From contig CM114271.1 in assembly GCA_050084515.1 (NCBI GenBank), forward strand, positions 22,754,001-22,818,000: 64,000 nucleotides of DNA, written 5' to 3'. How positions within the stretch are numbered: position 1 is the first letter of the stretch; each line of letters starts with the position of its first letter. The notes under the pieces were generated by a model. It did not search any database. It saw only the letters and a list, made by a program, of their open reading frames with translations, and had not been told where the DNA came from. The translations under genes were made by a program, and so were the position numbers. The DNA is from Blasia pusilla. Lineage: Eukaryota. Of this stretch, positions 52,201 to 64,000 are shown piece after piece.

Positions 52201-55200
52201 GCCACGTTCTCGCAGTTTGGTCAATCAGTAACGTTCACTGTAAATCAACGAGTTGTCATCTTCTCGGGCGACAATGTTGAATTGCTTCCGCATTGTAGGA
52301 TTTCGGATCATTGTATTCCATCATGCCTTCTTTGACAGTATTCTCACTCTAATGATTATAAGGGTTGAACTTGCTTTATCGGCTTGATCGCCTGATCTGG
52401 TACAGTGCTGTGGCTTGTGGATGGTGTGCAGAACGTGGTATCGTTTTCACAGCAGGTGCAGAACTTGAAGGAGTACAAGAGCAAGCTAATCTCCTTGGTT
52501 GGTGACAGCCGCGCGGCAGAAATATTGGGGGAAGCCTTATTCCTAATAAGTACAGGAACCAACGACTACATACTCAACTACTACTTGAATCCCGCCTTGC
52601 AGGCTCAGTACAACATCTCACAGTTCGAAGACCTGCTCATAACAACGGCGCTCCCAAATCTGCAGGTGAGAAGATGTGGTGCTGCACATGATGGAGTGCA
52701 CATTAATTTGGCCAATATTTCACTTAAGTGCTCGCTTACATGCTTGTTTTCGCGGGTAGTCTAAGATTCATAATCCCTAAAACTATTATCGATCTTCCTC
52801 CTGGCTTCCTTCTACTGCCTTCAGAATCTCCCTAGAAACCTCCATGGAAATTCAGAAGATTTTAATAATGTAGGTCTCATGAACCTACTTCTAAACCTAC
52901 CTTAATGTGTCTTTGTGTTTCCTGTCTTCAATTTCACCGCTATTCACTGTCTATACCGTCGACGCTGTCCATGCCTGTCTTTCTCTAAGTTGAATACCTG
53001 AATCATCCAGTTGATTCCTTCGTCTCTCCTCTTTAATTTTATCCGTGCTTGTTGACACTGCTGCAGTAAAGCGTCAGAACGAATTTCCTGCAGTTGGCAG
53101 GTACTGCCTTTGTGATAAATCCGGGTCCAACTACAACATTTGAGTAGAGATTGTCAGATTTCATGAGCAGCAGTAAGCCAATTCAGTAGTGAATTGGCGT
53201 TGCAACTATTCTTGATTTAAAACAAGACAGTCTCAACTTGAGTGATTTTGATCAATTGAAACATCGCAGGAAGTTTACAACATTGGAGCACGAAAGATAG
53301 TGCTAAGTTCGCTGCCCGCCATGGGCTGTCTGCCAGCAGCCATCTCCGTGCTCGGCTCGGGTGGGGACGACTGCGTTGCTTCTGTTAACGAGGTAGCGCG
53401 GAATTTCGACGCGACCTTGAAGCGCATGGTCCCGACCTTGAATCTCGAAGGCGCCATCCTGCTGGATCTCGACGGCTACAGTCTTCTGTCCGAAGTGTTT
53501 GAGAACCCTTCGGAGTATGGTAATGCGCTCACCATTACCCTTTCGGTTTTAACGTCCGTTACGTCCTTTGGATTGCCCATTTTGCCCGTCTCTGTGATGA
53601 TTCGTGCATGAAACTTATGTGAAACGTCTTCATGCTACGTGGCATGGAGTTGCCATCACAAGTCTAGCTGGATTGGGTACGAACCCTTTCTTCTTACTGC
53701 AGGTGAGTGAGGACAAAGCTAAAATTTGGGGCCAGGGTCTGTGACGACACGTCACTTCAGGGCATGCTTGCAGTGTGTGACACGTCAGTTTATCGTGTGC
53801 TGACGTGGCGAAGGTGACTCAGATTTTGAGTTGTTTTGGGGCTGACGGGTACAGAGAATTTCGTTGCACTCATCCTGAATTAATACCTCGAATATAAAAC
53901 GAAGTTCCTTAATTTTAAGGTCTTTTCAGTCTTTCGTTACGGCTAATTTCTAATTGAAATAGAAATTATGAAATGACTGTGCAGTGAGTATTTGCTTGGT
54001 AGGGCCCTGCGGCAATTTAGTTGTTTGCTAGAAGCCCTAAGATTGAATGACACTAGATTTATTTCTTTTAATTCCGTGTCATTTCGGTTTGAAGGGTGCT
54101 AGCCGATAACAAAACTCTCTCAAGTTTGTATCGAGAAAATATTTCCATGATGTAAAAAAAGGAAATTAAACAAAAATCTTCTCAAAGGTACTTTTTATGG
54201 TAACACGTAGAGACATAAACTTTAGGCATCACATCCATAAAAGCATCCATGACACGAGTCTACATATTTTCTCTAAGAAAAACACTAGGAAGGACATCTT
54301 TCTTTGAAGAGAATAAAATTTTAATTTTTCACAATCTTATTTATCAATAAATATATCAAATGAATCTTCAATTGGACATAATTGAAATGTGTTTTGAATT
54401 GTAGAATTATACCTCTTCCCATCACTATTGACTCTAAGCTTCACACTTTGTGTTCTCTTATGGCCATGAGATTAACCTTTGTCATAGGATTGTAGAAATT
54501 ATTTATTTACTTACGTCTCTGATGTGGCATGACACATAAGAGACGATGAATCTCAAGAGAGTGTTTTTATGATTAACAAAGTGAGGAATTGATTTATATT
54601 GTTGTTGGCCTTATGGTTGAAAGGTCATCTAATTTTATATTTCTTTTCAATGTAAATTTGATTTTTTTACTTATATTAGTATTCTTCTTTCATTATTTTT
54701 TTCTTATGTAGTATTTTATTTAGAGAAAATTTGAATGTAAGATTTCTCATCACACTAATATTCTCGGATAAGATAAAACTGTCTATGCGTGTATATGTGA
54801 GATATATATTTGTAAATATAAAATTTGAATTTACTATATGTAAGTTTCAAGCTTCTTATTGTGAAATTTGTTTTAAATTATTAATCGAAGAGTCGGCAGA
54901 ATTAGTTTTTGATGCCAATGCTTTTATTTTCTCTATTGTATTTTTTTTTAATAATAAATTGGACTTTTTAAACATTTTATCACATTTGACGGAATATGTT
55001 TCGTCACTAATGGGAGCACTAATCGAGTGTTTTAGCTGCCCTTCTGGCTATGAGGGAGGCAAGGTGAAAAGACACGGTCATGGCCGCCTCACTAAATGGC
55101 ATCCACCCAACGTGCGAAGGGAGACCATGAATCGAAGGCTCTCTCTCTCTCATCTGCCTTTCTCAAATAAAATTTACTTTAGACCTAACCTTGCGATAAT

Positions 55201-55411
55201 TGTTGTGCTTGAAGGATTCCAAGAGACTCGAAAAGCCTGCTGCGGGTCGGGCAAGATCGAAGTGGCCGTTCTGTGCAACGCGGCGAGCCTGGGGACGTGC
55301 AAGGACGCCTCCAAATTCGTGTTCTTCGACAGCTTCCACCCGACCCAAGCTTTCTACGAGCAGGTGGCGAGGGCAGTCATTCCCGACATCATCCGCCGGA
55401 TCTCACCATAG
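49273..55411 (+). CDS. GDSL esterase/lipase (SGNH hydrolase), 5 exons: 49273-49540, 50004-50134, 52432-52665, 53270-53519, 55215-55411
   Basis: Hydrophobic N-terminal leader; blocks ILGDSTVDVG, GRFSNG, GANFASSGSG, STGTNDY, GARK, ACCGSG, FFDSFHPT (Ser/Asp/His intact). All four introns are GT-AG with consistent phases and the usual plant GELP layout. Confidence 0.96.
51060..51550. repeat. Diverged direct repeat in GDSL intron 2
   Basis: CACTCTGTATGGTCAGCACTC and CATCCTA(G/C)TCTCTAG occur at about 51140-51245 and 51450-51547. Confidence 0.8.
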
Positions 55412-58400
55412 CTCACAAGGAAAAAGGGACGGACGGGGGCGGCCTCCTACCGGGCACGTCCTCCCTGTCGCTCGCTCGGCGTGCCAGGCGCTGGCACGCG
55501 TGCGAACGAAGGAAGGAAGGAATCGTGTGGGGTGCCAGCCAGGAGGCTACGGCGAGCATCTCGAAGCCGCCGGCGAAGTTGCTTTCTTCGAAGCTGAGAG
55601 GAGGTTTTCTTCGTGGGACCCGGTACATTGCCGGGAATGTCCAGTCGGAAACAGTAATCCCGGTTTTTCAACCGGTTTCCAGATACTAAATGCAAAAGAC
55701 ACGCTCGAATCCAACCGGTTTTTCGTAGGCAGGTTTAAACCAGTCGGCAATTCTCAAATTTTACCGGCTAGCTTTACTCTAAACCCCGGATCGCCCCGGG
55801 GTTACCATTTGGTTCTGCTCGACCAGTGAGGGGGTGACAAGTGAGTGAGTTGAGAGTAGCTTCGGAAGGAATAATGTAGAAAGGGCCGTGAGAATGGAAC
55901 GTAGATTCCAAAGGAAGAAATATCATAGATACAAATCCACTATGCGGCCAATTTTTTAATTTAAAGTCGGACTCCAAAGGTTAGAGAAGATTAATATTGA
56001 AGAACATGACTAATCCAAATCCAATATGGAATCTATTCACATCCATTAGTTCAAAAATTCATATTCGAAAGTGAAAAATTTTGCAGAGTATCTTGCCTTC
56101 TACGGAATTGTGCTCGGAATCACAAACACTTGCATTTTGTAGGGGCAAGTTGGATTATATGATTGGGTATGGAGGTCTAGACGGGGAGAATCTTATGATA
56201 AATGGTTATACTACTTCTAGCGTTAGACTCACATATTGTTAGATAACAACATGGACGAAGTAGGGCATCCGCCTGCACTTGTAACTATCATAGATCCTGC
56301 TCAATTGAGAAAAATGGCTTTCACAACATCAAGAGTTCGACATCGAGACTTTCATTATTGTAAGGGGACAACATTCTTTCATACATTAGGCTCAACGTAA
56401 TCATAATCTTGCCATAAATACAGGTAAGGAAGATGGTCCCTTAAAACTTTCTAGCTTATGATTAGGATACGAAACTCCATTTTCAATGTGTTCCAATTAG
56501 ATCTTGCCATTTTATTTCATGACTACGTGAGCATATATGTGAGTATAATGGTAGTTTGGTGCAAAAATCTCATTATTTTTATTGTAAACCTCTTCGCATT
56601 TCTTTGTGATTTGCATTCTCACCATCATGCCATTTTTTTTTCATGGTAGTCTTAGGTTCCAAAAAAGGATACTTATTTAGCTTCACCAAAGAAGGACTTT
56701 TTTTTCATGCCCACTAGCTTTCTTTTAAGAGTTTTAGGTGTTCCAAAGTTTGGGAATCCCTTTAATCTTCTTTAAAAATTATTAAAATCTAAAAGAATTA
56801 TCTTAAAGAATTAAATAGATTTCAACCTTGTTCTTGTTGTTTAAAACCCAAATCTATTTGCTTAATATGTTTGTTTGCACGTACACCCTCCATTGCAATG
56901 CAGTTTCTTTATTGTTTATGCTTAAAATATGCACCTATATCCTACAAAGAGACCCCTTTAGATTGTGAGTTATGGATTAAATCTTTGTATAATGTTTGTA
57001 TGGAAAAGATTAAGTTTGTTCCACATATGGGGAAATGAGCATTATTTGCTATAGCAAGAGTGACGGTCAACTTCAAACACTTTTTGCTTGGTTCCATCAT
57101 CTTCATGCTTGTTCTTTGTGGAGTTTTTTGGATTTTGTGTTTACTCTAATTATAGTTAAAATTGACATTTGGCTATGTGGAAATTAAACTTAAATTCTTA
57201 TGCTTCATAATTTTACAAAATCACAAAAACAAAAAAAACTTTTTTTAATAATTATTCTATAATGAAAACTTGAATCGTATCTTACCACTACAAGTATCGC
57301 AACAAAAGACTATAATTCAATTTCTCATCAATAAATTAATTTTGCATCTTACTACTGTAAAAAAATTAAAACAAATACATTTAAAAATTTCCTTCTAAAA
57401 AATAAAACAAAACAAAAATTCATTACTAAATAACAAATACATCCTAAGATTCACCAACTGCTGCAATTGAATTACTCTTTTAATCACTTCACAATAATCA
57501 GGTTCGTATTTAAAAACCTAGTAAGTACGTGACTATAGCAATAACTCACTTTATCATGAAATAGCAGACTTTGATCATTATTGAATTACTCATAGTCATA
57601 AGTAAATGGTTCATATCCCACCTCATTCCATGTTTAAGTCCATCATCACACAAAAAGTTTACTTATAATAGTTGTAAGTTATTAGCCTTATCAATTTTGG
57701 AAGACACCAACTTTCTAGATGCATTGTTATTCCAATGAATCTAGCAACCATTTGTCATCTAGTGCATTTCATGTTGTCAATTTTATCCTCGGTTCTATAT
57801 CACTTGATGAGTTTAGATAGCCTATACTTCACGTCACATGATGATGGATTTTTTATTGCATCTAACATGTATTTTAAATTTTTTACGGCAATCATCAACA
57901 ACGTTTCTCACTACAACTTGCCCTAAAATTTCCATGTTAGGAAAACATCTTTGTGAATTAAGTCATTAATACCTACATGCTTGCCCTAGTTTAGGCTTTT
58001 TTGTCTCATAGAAAGCAAAGTTTTAAAGGTATCTATGTTTTGGATTTTTTTTCAATTTATCCAAAATATTGATGGATGGGAAAGTCTTCTATCTCTTTGT
58101 CTCCTTTGAAATCCACTTTCCATTAAGTAGGGCCAAATAATAAGGCCCAAACTTGCATCATTGTTAATGGGATGGAGTTAAGAAAACTTCAAAATTTGTT
58201 ATTATTTTTTGAAAACATAACTTCATAGGAAATGACTTTTTCCATCCAATTTTTTTCCTCATTTGATTTACATCAATCTCCATCATAGCAAATTGTTCCA
58301 TGTTATATTTCTATTAGACATCCACCGCCTACCTCTTAACTGCAGTTGGAGTTGCAGCAAGTAAAATTGTAGTAACAGGTGCGGAAAGCAAGCACAATGT

Positions 58401-59357
58401 TGCACAAAACCGTTTAGTGGAATCTTGATTTCTCCTGCAATGCGAGATATCACAGCAAGCAAATGTATTCAACGATATTGAACAAAGGAATACAATTGGT
58501 AGGTGGAAAGATATATTTCAGGATAATTTATTGTAGCATAGATCCTGAAGAGTTGCAAGAAATGTGGGTCAAGTTCACAAAGAATTTACTATCAATGTTG
58601 CTAGTTTGAAATGTGAAATTTTGCAACACGTTCATGGGAGTATGCATAAATGGGTTTTGAACAGATTACAGCATGCGAGCAGCAAAGGACCTACCACCTA
58701 CAGAGCGGAAATTGCTACTTGAATAAGATGGGAAGAAATTTTAGAATAGATAGTGCCACACGTTTTGGACTAAAAAATGAGCTGGAAAATTGTGATTGCA
58801 TCTAATAGGAGATCATATCAGCCACCTACATGGGCAGAAAAAATTGCGAAGAGATGCGTCCACGAATATCCAAATTCTCAACAGTAATCAAGGAGATCAG
58901 ATAAGAGAATGGTAGTCTCATGCTTTAGATTTTCTTATCTTCTTTTCAAAGACTAGAGGAGGCTCTCAAATAATCTCTAGAATGCTCTAACTTGCAGTTA
59001 ATAAGTTTTCTAAGCAACATTATACGTGGCGCTAAGCAATAGGAAACGCTTGCAAATTCAAATACAATCCTCATGGGAAGATAGACACAAGGAACACTAA
59101 CCTAGGGCAAGTGCATAAGAATGGAAGAAGGTGCAAGCAATAAAGCTACTAGATAGCAGTTCCATTCGAGGGGAAGCAAAGCACGAACAACAAAGGTAGC
59201 AACTGAGCTGAGCAGAATAGCAAATGGAACGCACCAACCAGCGTAGGTTCAAGATAAATCTCCGCGAGTGTAAATGAGCGAAAATTAGACGAGGCACTAA
59301 GAAAAGAATAGACATGGCGCTAAGCAATGGAATGCTTTTATAGACTAGAATGCACAT

Positions 59358-59515
59358 CATGGTTGCACAAAAACATACAAGTCCACTCTTAGGACGGACA
59401 AATTTGGACATGGATTACAAGAGATGGGACCTACACTTATAATTCATGATGAGATGCAAGGCAAGGGCAAGGGCAAGGGCAAGTGGGGCAATAAGGAGGA
59501 AGGGAATGGAGGTGC
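59358..59515. mobile_element. Left part of a hAT-type MITE (same subtype as 37793)
   Basis: CATGGTTGCACAAAAACATACAAGTCCA..TTAGGACGGACA..GGGACC..AAGGGAATGGAGGTG is colinear with 37793-37926. Confidence 0.75.
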
Positions 59516-60227
59516 ATTATATGAGGGCTCGTTTGAGGGACAACGAAACTAAGTGCGAAATACCATAATTGAGAGAAGAGATGAACGAGACGGAAAAAAA
59601 AATGTTGGTGTAGCATAAGGTGAATAAGCAAGCCGATCATGTATGGGTGGATACTCTGTGATAGCCAACAACATCAAATTCCTCATCGCATGCATGAGTT
59701 GAACAATTCCTACCAGGATTGGTGGAGGATCGATCGAGTGTGAAAGGATAAGCGTGAACGATCAATGGCAATACCAAGGAGCAGCAAGGGAAGGACAAAC
59801 AAAGATGCTTCACTCCGCAAGCAGAGTAGACTCTAGCCAAGCATTCAAAACCCTCACAGATGGTTGGGTCTAGTTTCCGCCTCCTCAATATAGGCAATCC
59901 GCCGAGCATTCATTGCAACGGCCAAAGCGGCATCCTCTCTACTTAGAACCCTAGGAGACTCCGCATATGACTTGATGCCACGTAATGACGAACATTAGTT
60001 GGAGTTCATGCCCATCAAGAATGAAAATCTACAACATGGAGCCGCCCCAACATGGAGGTTTTGACTCTTTGAGTCCCCCCCTATGGGTTTTCCATCAGAT
60101 ATCTTTGTCTCTAAGAGATATTTCTGAGGAGACGTATTTGTGGAGGCGGTAAAGAGTTTTCCTCTAAATTTTAATTTATTCCCGCTATTTACTCCGTTTG
60201 TCTATCTCGCTCCGATTTTAAATGAAA

Positions 60228-60406
60228 CTAGCATCCTGCCCGTACGATACACATCCCCTTAGCTCTTCTTGTTAGCTCTTAACTCCTTTGTTAAACAAGA
60301 CACATGTCAACACGAGAGGAATATAAAAAGTAGACGTGTCACACATGAGGGTTCTTCAAATCCCATATTCTTTTAATAATATTAATATATATATATGAAA
60401 TGAAGA
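60228..60406 (-). mobile_element. Possible short non-autonomous Helitron (decayed)
   Basis: A|CTAG followed by a decayed GCCCGT(A)CGAT(A)CAC hairpin; the other end is TA-rich and ends GA|T. Similar size to the 62492 element. Confidence 0.4.
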
Positions 60407-60941
60407 TTTGAAATGTTTGCTTTTGGAAGGACACATTTAAATTTAGCTTACCGGAACCAGAATCCGTTAACGACACTCTACTATAGTAGCTATCCTAGCT
60501 CCGGCGTTGGAACCGTTCCAAGCGGTTGCAGTTTGATAGAAGGTGAGAAATGGACAACGAGACTTGACTTGAGTTGGAGTGGAAGCAAAAGATTTATTTC
60601 TTGAGATTCTAGTATGAACGTTACTGCGGTGCGCGCTCTAACGGAATAGAAGTAGGATACAAATCGACGGACGGAAAGGACGTAGTCGTGGCGAGTGTGC
60701 CCTTTGCCAACAGAGCCGAGGACAGACCCGGAAAGTCAAGAACAGGCGGAGGAGATAAGGTGCAAGGAAAATGACTGCCGGATAGGACAATCTGGAAGAA
60801 CAAAGAGAGGCGAAGTCCCTCCCCATCTTTCTCCTTCCCTCTCCGACTCCGACTCGCTCTACAGATAAAGATCATAACGACCTCGCCGGCTTGGGAAGTT
60901 CCGAGCCGGCGCCTGGCAACTTTCCGTGAGCCGGATGAGTC

Positions 60942-61244
60942 GTGGCCATTACCGCTTTCACGCCTGCAAGCGTGCCTTGGCCTCAGAGGCTGCCCGAGAC
61001 TGCCCTCGCTCCGAAGAATGTTCCAAAACCTTTCAGGACACTGTACCAAAGTTACTCCATGGAGGACCCGGATCCTGCAGCGTACAGGGATCCCTCCATG
61101 TACCCCACAACGGGAAAGCTCCGGTGGGCCCGCAAGGCTCCAGGTGCCGCCGATGAGGGTGACTTGAGATTCCCTGTGCACAGACTATCAACGGAGTGGC
61201 CGAAAGAATATGGATGGTGTGGTACATGGCGTGGATGGCGCTAG
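60942..61244 (+). CDS. Candidate small protein or terminal exon (first in-frame ATG at 61059); function unknown
   Basis: Open GC-rich frame in a non-TE island, followed by a T-rich 3-prime-UTR-like tract. No start or splice structure established. Confidence 0.35.
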   Translation: MAITAFTPASVPWPQRLPETALAPKNVPKPFRTLYQSYSMEDPDPAAYRDPSMYPTTGKLRWARKAPGAADEGDLRFPVHRLSTEWPKEYGWCGTWRGWR

Positions 61245-61673
61245 CGCCAGTTCTAAACTCTTTTTTTTTTATTCTCCAGTAGTGGCGGAGCCACGCGAGC
61301 GTGAGCCGCTCGATGCACAATCTAGTGGTGATTATGGTTTTGGCTATTATTCTTTGTCTATTTATTAATCCGAAACGTAGTTTGGAGCAGGAATGGATGG
61401 AAGAGTACACTCCACTCCACTCCATCTATTGGTTGTGTTACACTTGATTCGAGTCAGATTCTTAACATTTAACGGATCGACTCGACCTTATCAAAGCTGA
61501 TCTCAATAAAGCAGTGATTGTTTTTTATTTACTCTGCTGCAGATTATTATAATTTGTATTCACTTTTCCTGCAATCGGATTTCTTTTTCAGTATTAATAA
61601 AAAAAATCATCCGGAACTTTCGCCCACGCCGGGGACGAAAGTTACACGAAAGGCTTCGTAAATCGGCTTGTTT

Positions 61674-61945
61674 CCATTTTCTTTAGCATTATTTTTTGCG
61701 TTTTTTTATTTCCTTTCCTTTTTATATGTTTTTTTTCGTATTTCTTATAAATTAAATTTTTTTTTATTTTTATAAAATTATAAGAGAATTTTTTTTAAAG
61801 ATCATTTCCTAAAATTTATCAAGTCTCTTATATCTAAAATCCCACTTTTGTAAAAAATAATTCTCAAAAGTGAACAAAGAATTACGAAAACATCCCAAAA
61901 AGGAAAAGAGATAAGAAACACAAAAAATAATGCTAAAGAAAATGG
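61674..61945. mobile_element. AT-rich foldback/MITE-like inverted repeat
   Basis: Perfect 25-bp inverted pair 61674-61698 / 61921-61945 (CCATTTTCTTTAGCATTATTTTTTG), extending imperfectly about 50 bp inward. Confidence 0.7.
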
Positions 61946-62491
61946 TAATAAGTAATCTACCTTTATGAAAAACTCTTCTTCATTGGATTATGCAATCACA
62001 TTCATATGTTGTTAATTTAGATCCAAAAGAAATATACACAATAACATTTCAAAATTGAAACAATTTTAATTTCGAAATGTTATTTTATTTTAATTTAAAA
62101 TGTAATAATTAAATCTCATATTTTCTCTTGGGGCATATGGTAGTCAAGAGAGAAATAGATGTAAGAACTAGACCAATATGCAATCTAGGAATCTAAACAT
62201 GGTCAAACACCACAACCAACAAGTTGAAACAAGTGTTGTTTCAACTTTGTACAAGATGGTTCTAGAACTGCGGTTCTACTTCTGTAAAAATATAAAAATA
62301 TGTTAGAAGCACTGTATATTCAAGGTTTTAGAATCCATGTTTTGGGGGGTGGGGGGGACATACACAACAAACAAATACCATAAAGATGAAAATAGATGGT
62401 TCAATGGGCTATATAAGGGAAGGGGACAGAGACAAAAGGCGTGTAAGGGACGTAGAATTAACAATCTTCGTCCCTCTTCTCTCTAGAGATA

Positions 62492-62672
62492 CTAGTTAGT
62501 GCCCGTGAGGGACCGTGCGATGCACGGTCCTGTGCGTATACGCACCCCCCTTCCTGAAATGCATACGCGCTAGGTTTAAGGTGTATAGGCGCCGGGTTTA
62601 GGGTGACATGTGTCGTACTTTGCAGAAGCCACCGTGTAAGAAGCACTCCTCAAATTATAATATAGATGTAGA
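62492..62672 (-). mobile_element. 181-bp non-autonomous Helitron
   Basis: Minus strand: A|TCTACATCTATATTATAA ... GGACCGTGC-ATC-GCACGGTCC hairpin ... CTAG|T. TC/CTAG ends, AT target, no TSD. Confidence 0.8.
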
Positions 62673-63540
62673 TTCAAATAATCATATTCCAAACTCGAAG
62701 GCATTGGAGGGCTTATGCTCCAACTTTGGCAACATGGATATTCAAAATTATGAAAGTTTATGGAAATACAATTTTTTCAAAAAGTTTATCCGGACAAAAT
62801 AAAAGCTATTCAAGAAGCTCTTCCACGCAAAAATCCTTTCTACAATTTTTTTCTTTTTCAGAAAATACCTTTCTACATGATCTAACAACTTATAGCAAAC
62901 TAATAAGTAAACATGGCCACCACTGCCACGCCCACATAATTAAACGCCTTTTAAAGCCTGACGTTTTAAAGCTGCTGAAGAGCGTACGCAAGGAGTAACA
63001 TGAAAGAACATAACAGTTAGGGAGGTTCGTCACGAGAACGGAAATATACCGATGGACGGGAAGTGGGAACGCTCTACTCTGTTTTCCGTTTGTCAGCAGC
63101 AACCAGACGTGAGGAGTGCTGCGCCATTGGGAGGACCCGAGGAGTACAGTAGACGAAGAGAGACAGAGAGAGAGAGAGAGAGGAGGAGGAGGATGAGAAG
63201 AAGAAGAAGAGGGAGAGGAGATGAAGGCGGTCTTCTTATGTCAAATGAGCGGCTGATGGCGACGAATGAGTAGAGGAGAATCGAAGGGATTCCCGGGCGC
63301 TGGATTGCTGTTGAAGGATGGTGCGGCAAATGTTGCGGCCGAACAGTGCAGCACGCAGGCCGTGGGAGGTGCAGACGGATCTCGATTGAACGGAGAGGAA
63401 GTGGAAGCGGAAAGGCCGAGTGGTTGGATTCGTTCGCTTCTGTATGCTAGGGTGTGAGGCGTTGCATTGAGTGGCAATTGACTCTGAGAGCAGAGCGATC
63501 ACCAGAGGAAACGCAGAGATTGAGCATTTAATTCGGGAGT

Positions 63541-63606
<66 letters not shown>
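63541..63606. repeat. (GA)n microsatellite
   Basis: About 32 GA units with one interruption; further GA/GAG/GAA tracts at 63157-63220. Confidence 0.98.
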
Positions 63607-63607
<1 letters not shown>

Positions 63608-64000
63608 ATTGTGGAAGGGAAGAGGAGGAGTAGAGTGCTCGAATTTGGAAGCAGAAGCAGAGATCGGTGGCAGATTTGACGTGAGGGGCGGGAGGGGATA
63701 CAGACAATAAGAAAGCGATGTGAGAGAGGAGCAGTGGAGACGGCGACAAGGAATGGGGTGCGTTGGGTCCTCCGAGAAGGGTGTTGATGGTGAGTCAGCT
63801 CGTAACTCTCTTAGCGCTTTTATGTGCTAGTTTTGTCCAGTCTCACTCGGAGGTCTCTGGAGTGTCTTTATCACTCTCTTTTCGCGTTAGGCCAATTATG
63901 TGCAATCGATTTGAGGTAGAAGGGAAGTCGCGCGGCGAAGTTGTGGATGTGCTGAATTCACAACCGTTCAAACGGTTCATCCATTCTGCACAATCTCTTC

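Noticed and set aside
54731-55214. N-terminal extension of the 226-aa ORF
   Set aside because: AT-rich intron 4 sequence that happens to be in frame with GDSL exon 5.
56000-59300. Decayed TE coding sequence
   Set aside because: Composition suggests old TE DNA but no diagnostic motif or termini could be read.

Overview
Eukaryotic nuclear DNA, almost certainly from a land plant. A spore-bearing lineage (bryophyte, lycophyte or fern) is inferred from the gene and TE content, not proven. Host-like genes: (1) an intact 5-exon GDSL esterase/lipase (49273-55411, +); (2) the N-terminal half of a secreted GH71 alpha-1,3-glucanase (1228-1809, -), a typically fungal/bacterial family and so a horizontal-transfer candidate; (3) a small unexplained ORF near 61 kb that may be a ciliary PIERCE-like protein (speculative). 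Between them is about 45 kb of nested, mostly decayed transposons. These are a CRE-clade RLE retroelement plus short relatives, a scrambled MULE/SWIM transposase, an 11.4-kb CACTA with TIRs and AAT TSD carrying a TnpA-like gene and a captured EDM2-type PHD exon, a Gypsy relic, a probable solo LTR, a hAT transposase relic and mini-Helitrons. There are also about 11 copies of a hAT-type MITE family (CAAGGTTGCA ends, 8-bp TSDs), most filled with GC-rich palindromic arrays. Two stretches (1-345 and 12.2-13.7 kb) look like deletion-riddled duplications and may be assembly artefacts. No rRNA, tRNA or CRISPR array was supportable. All family assignments are from motif recognition by eye; no searches were run.
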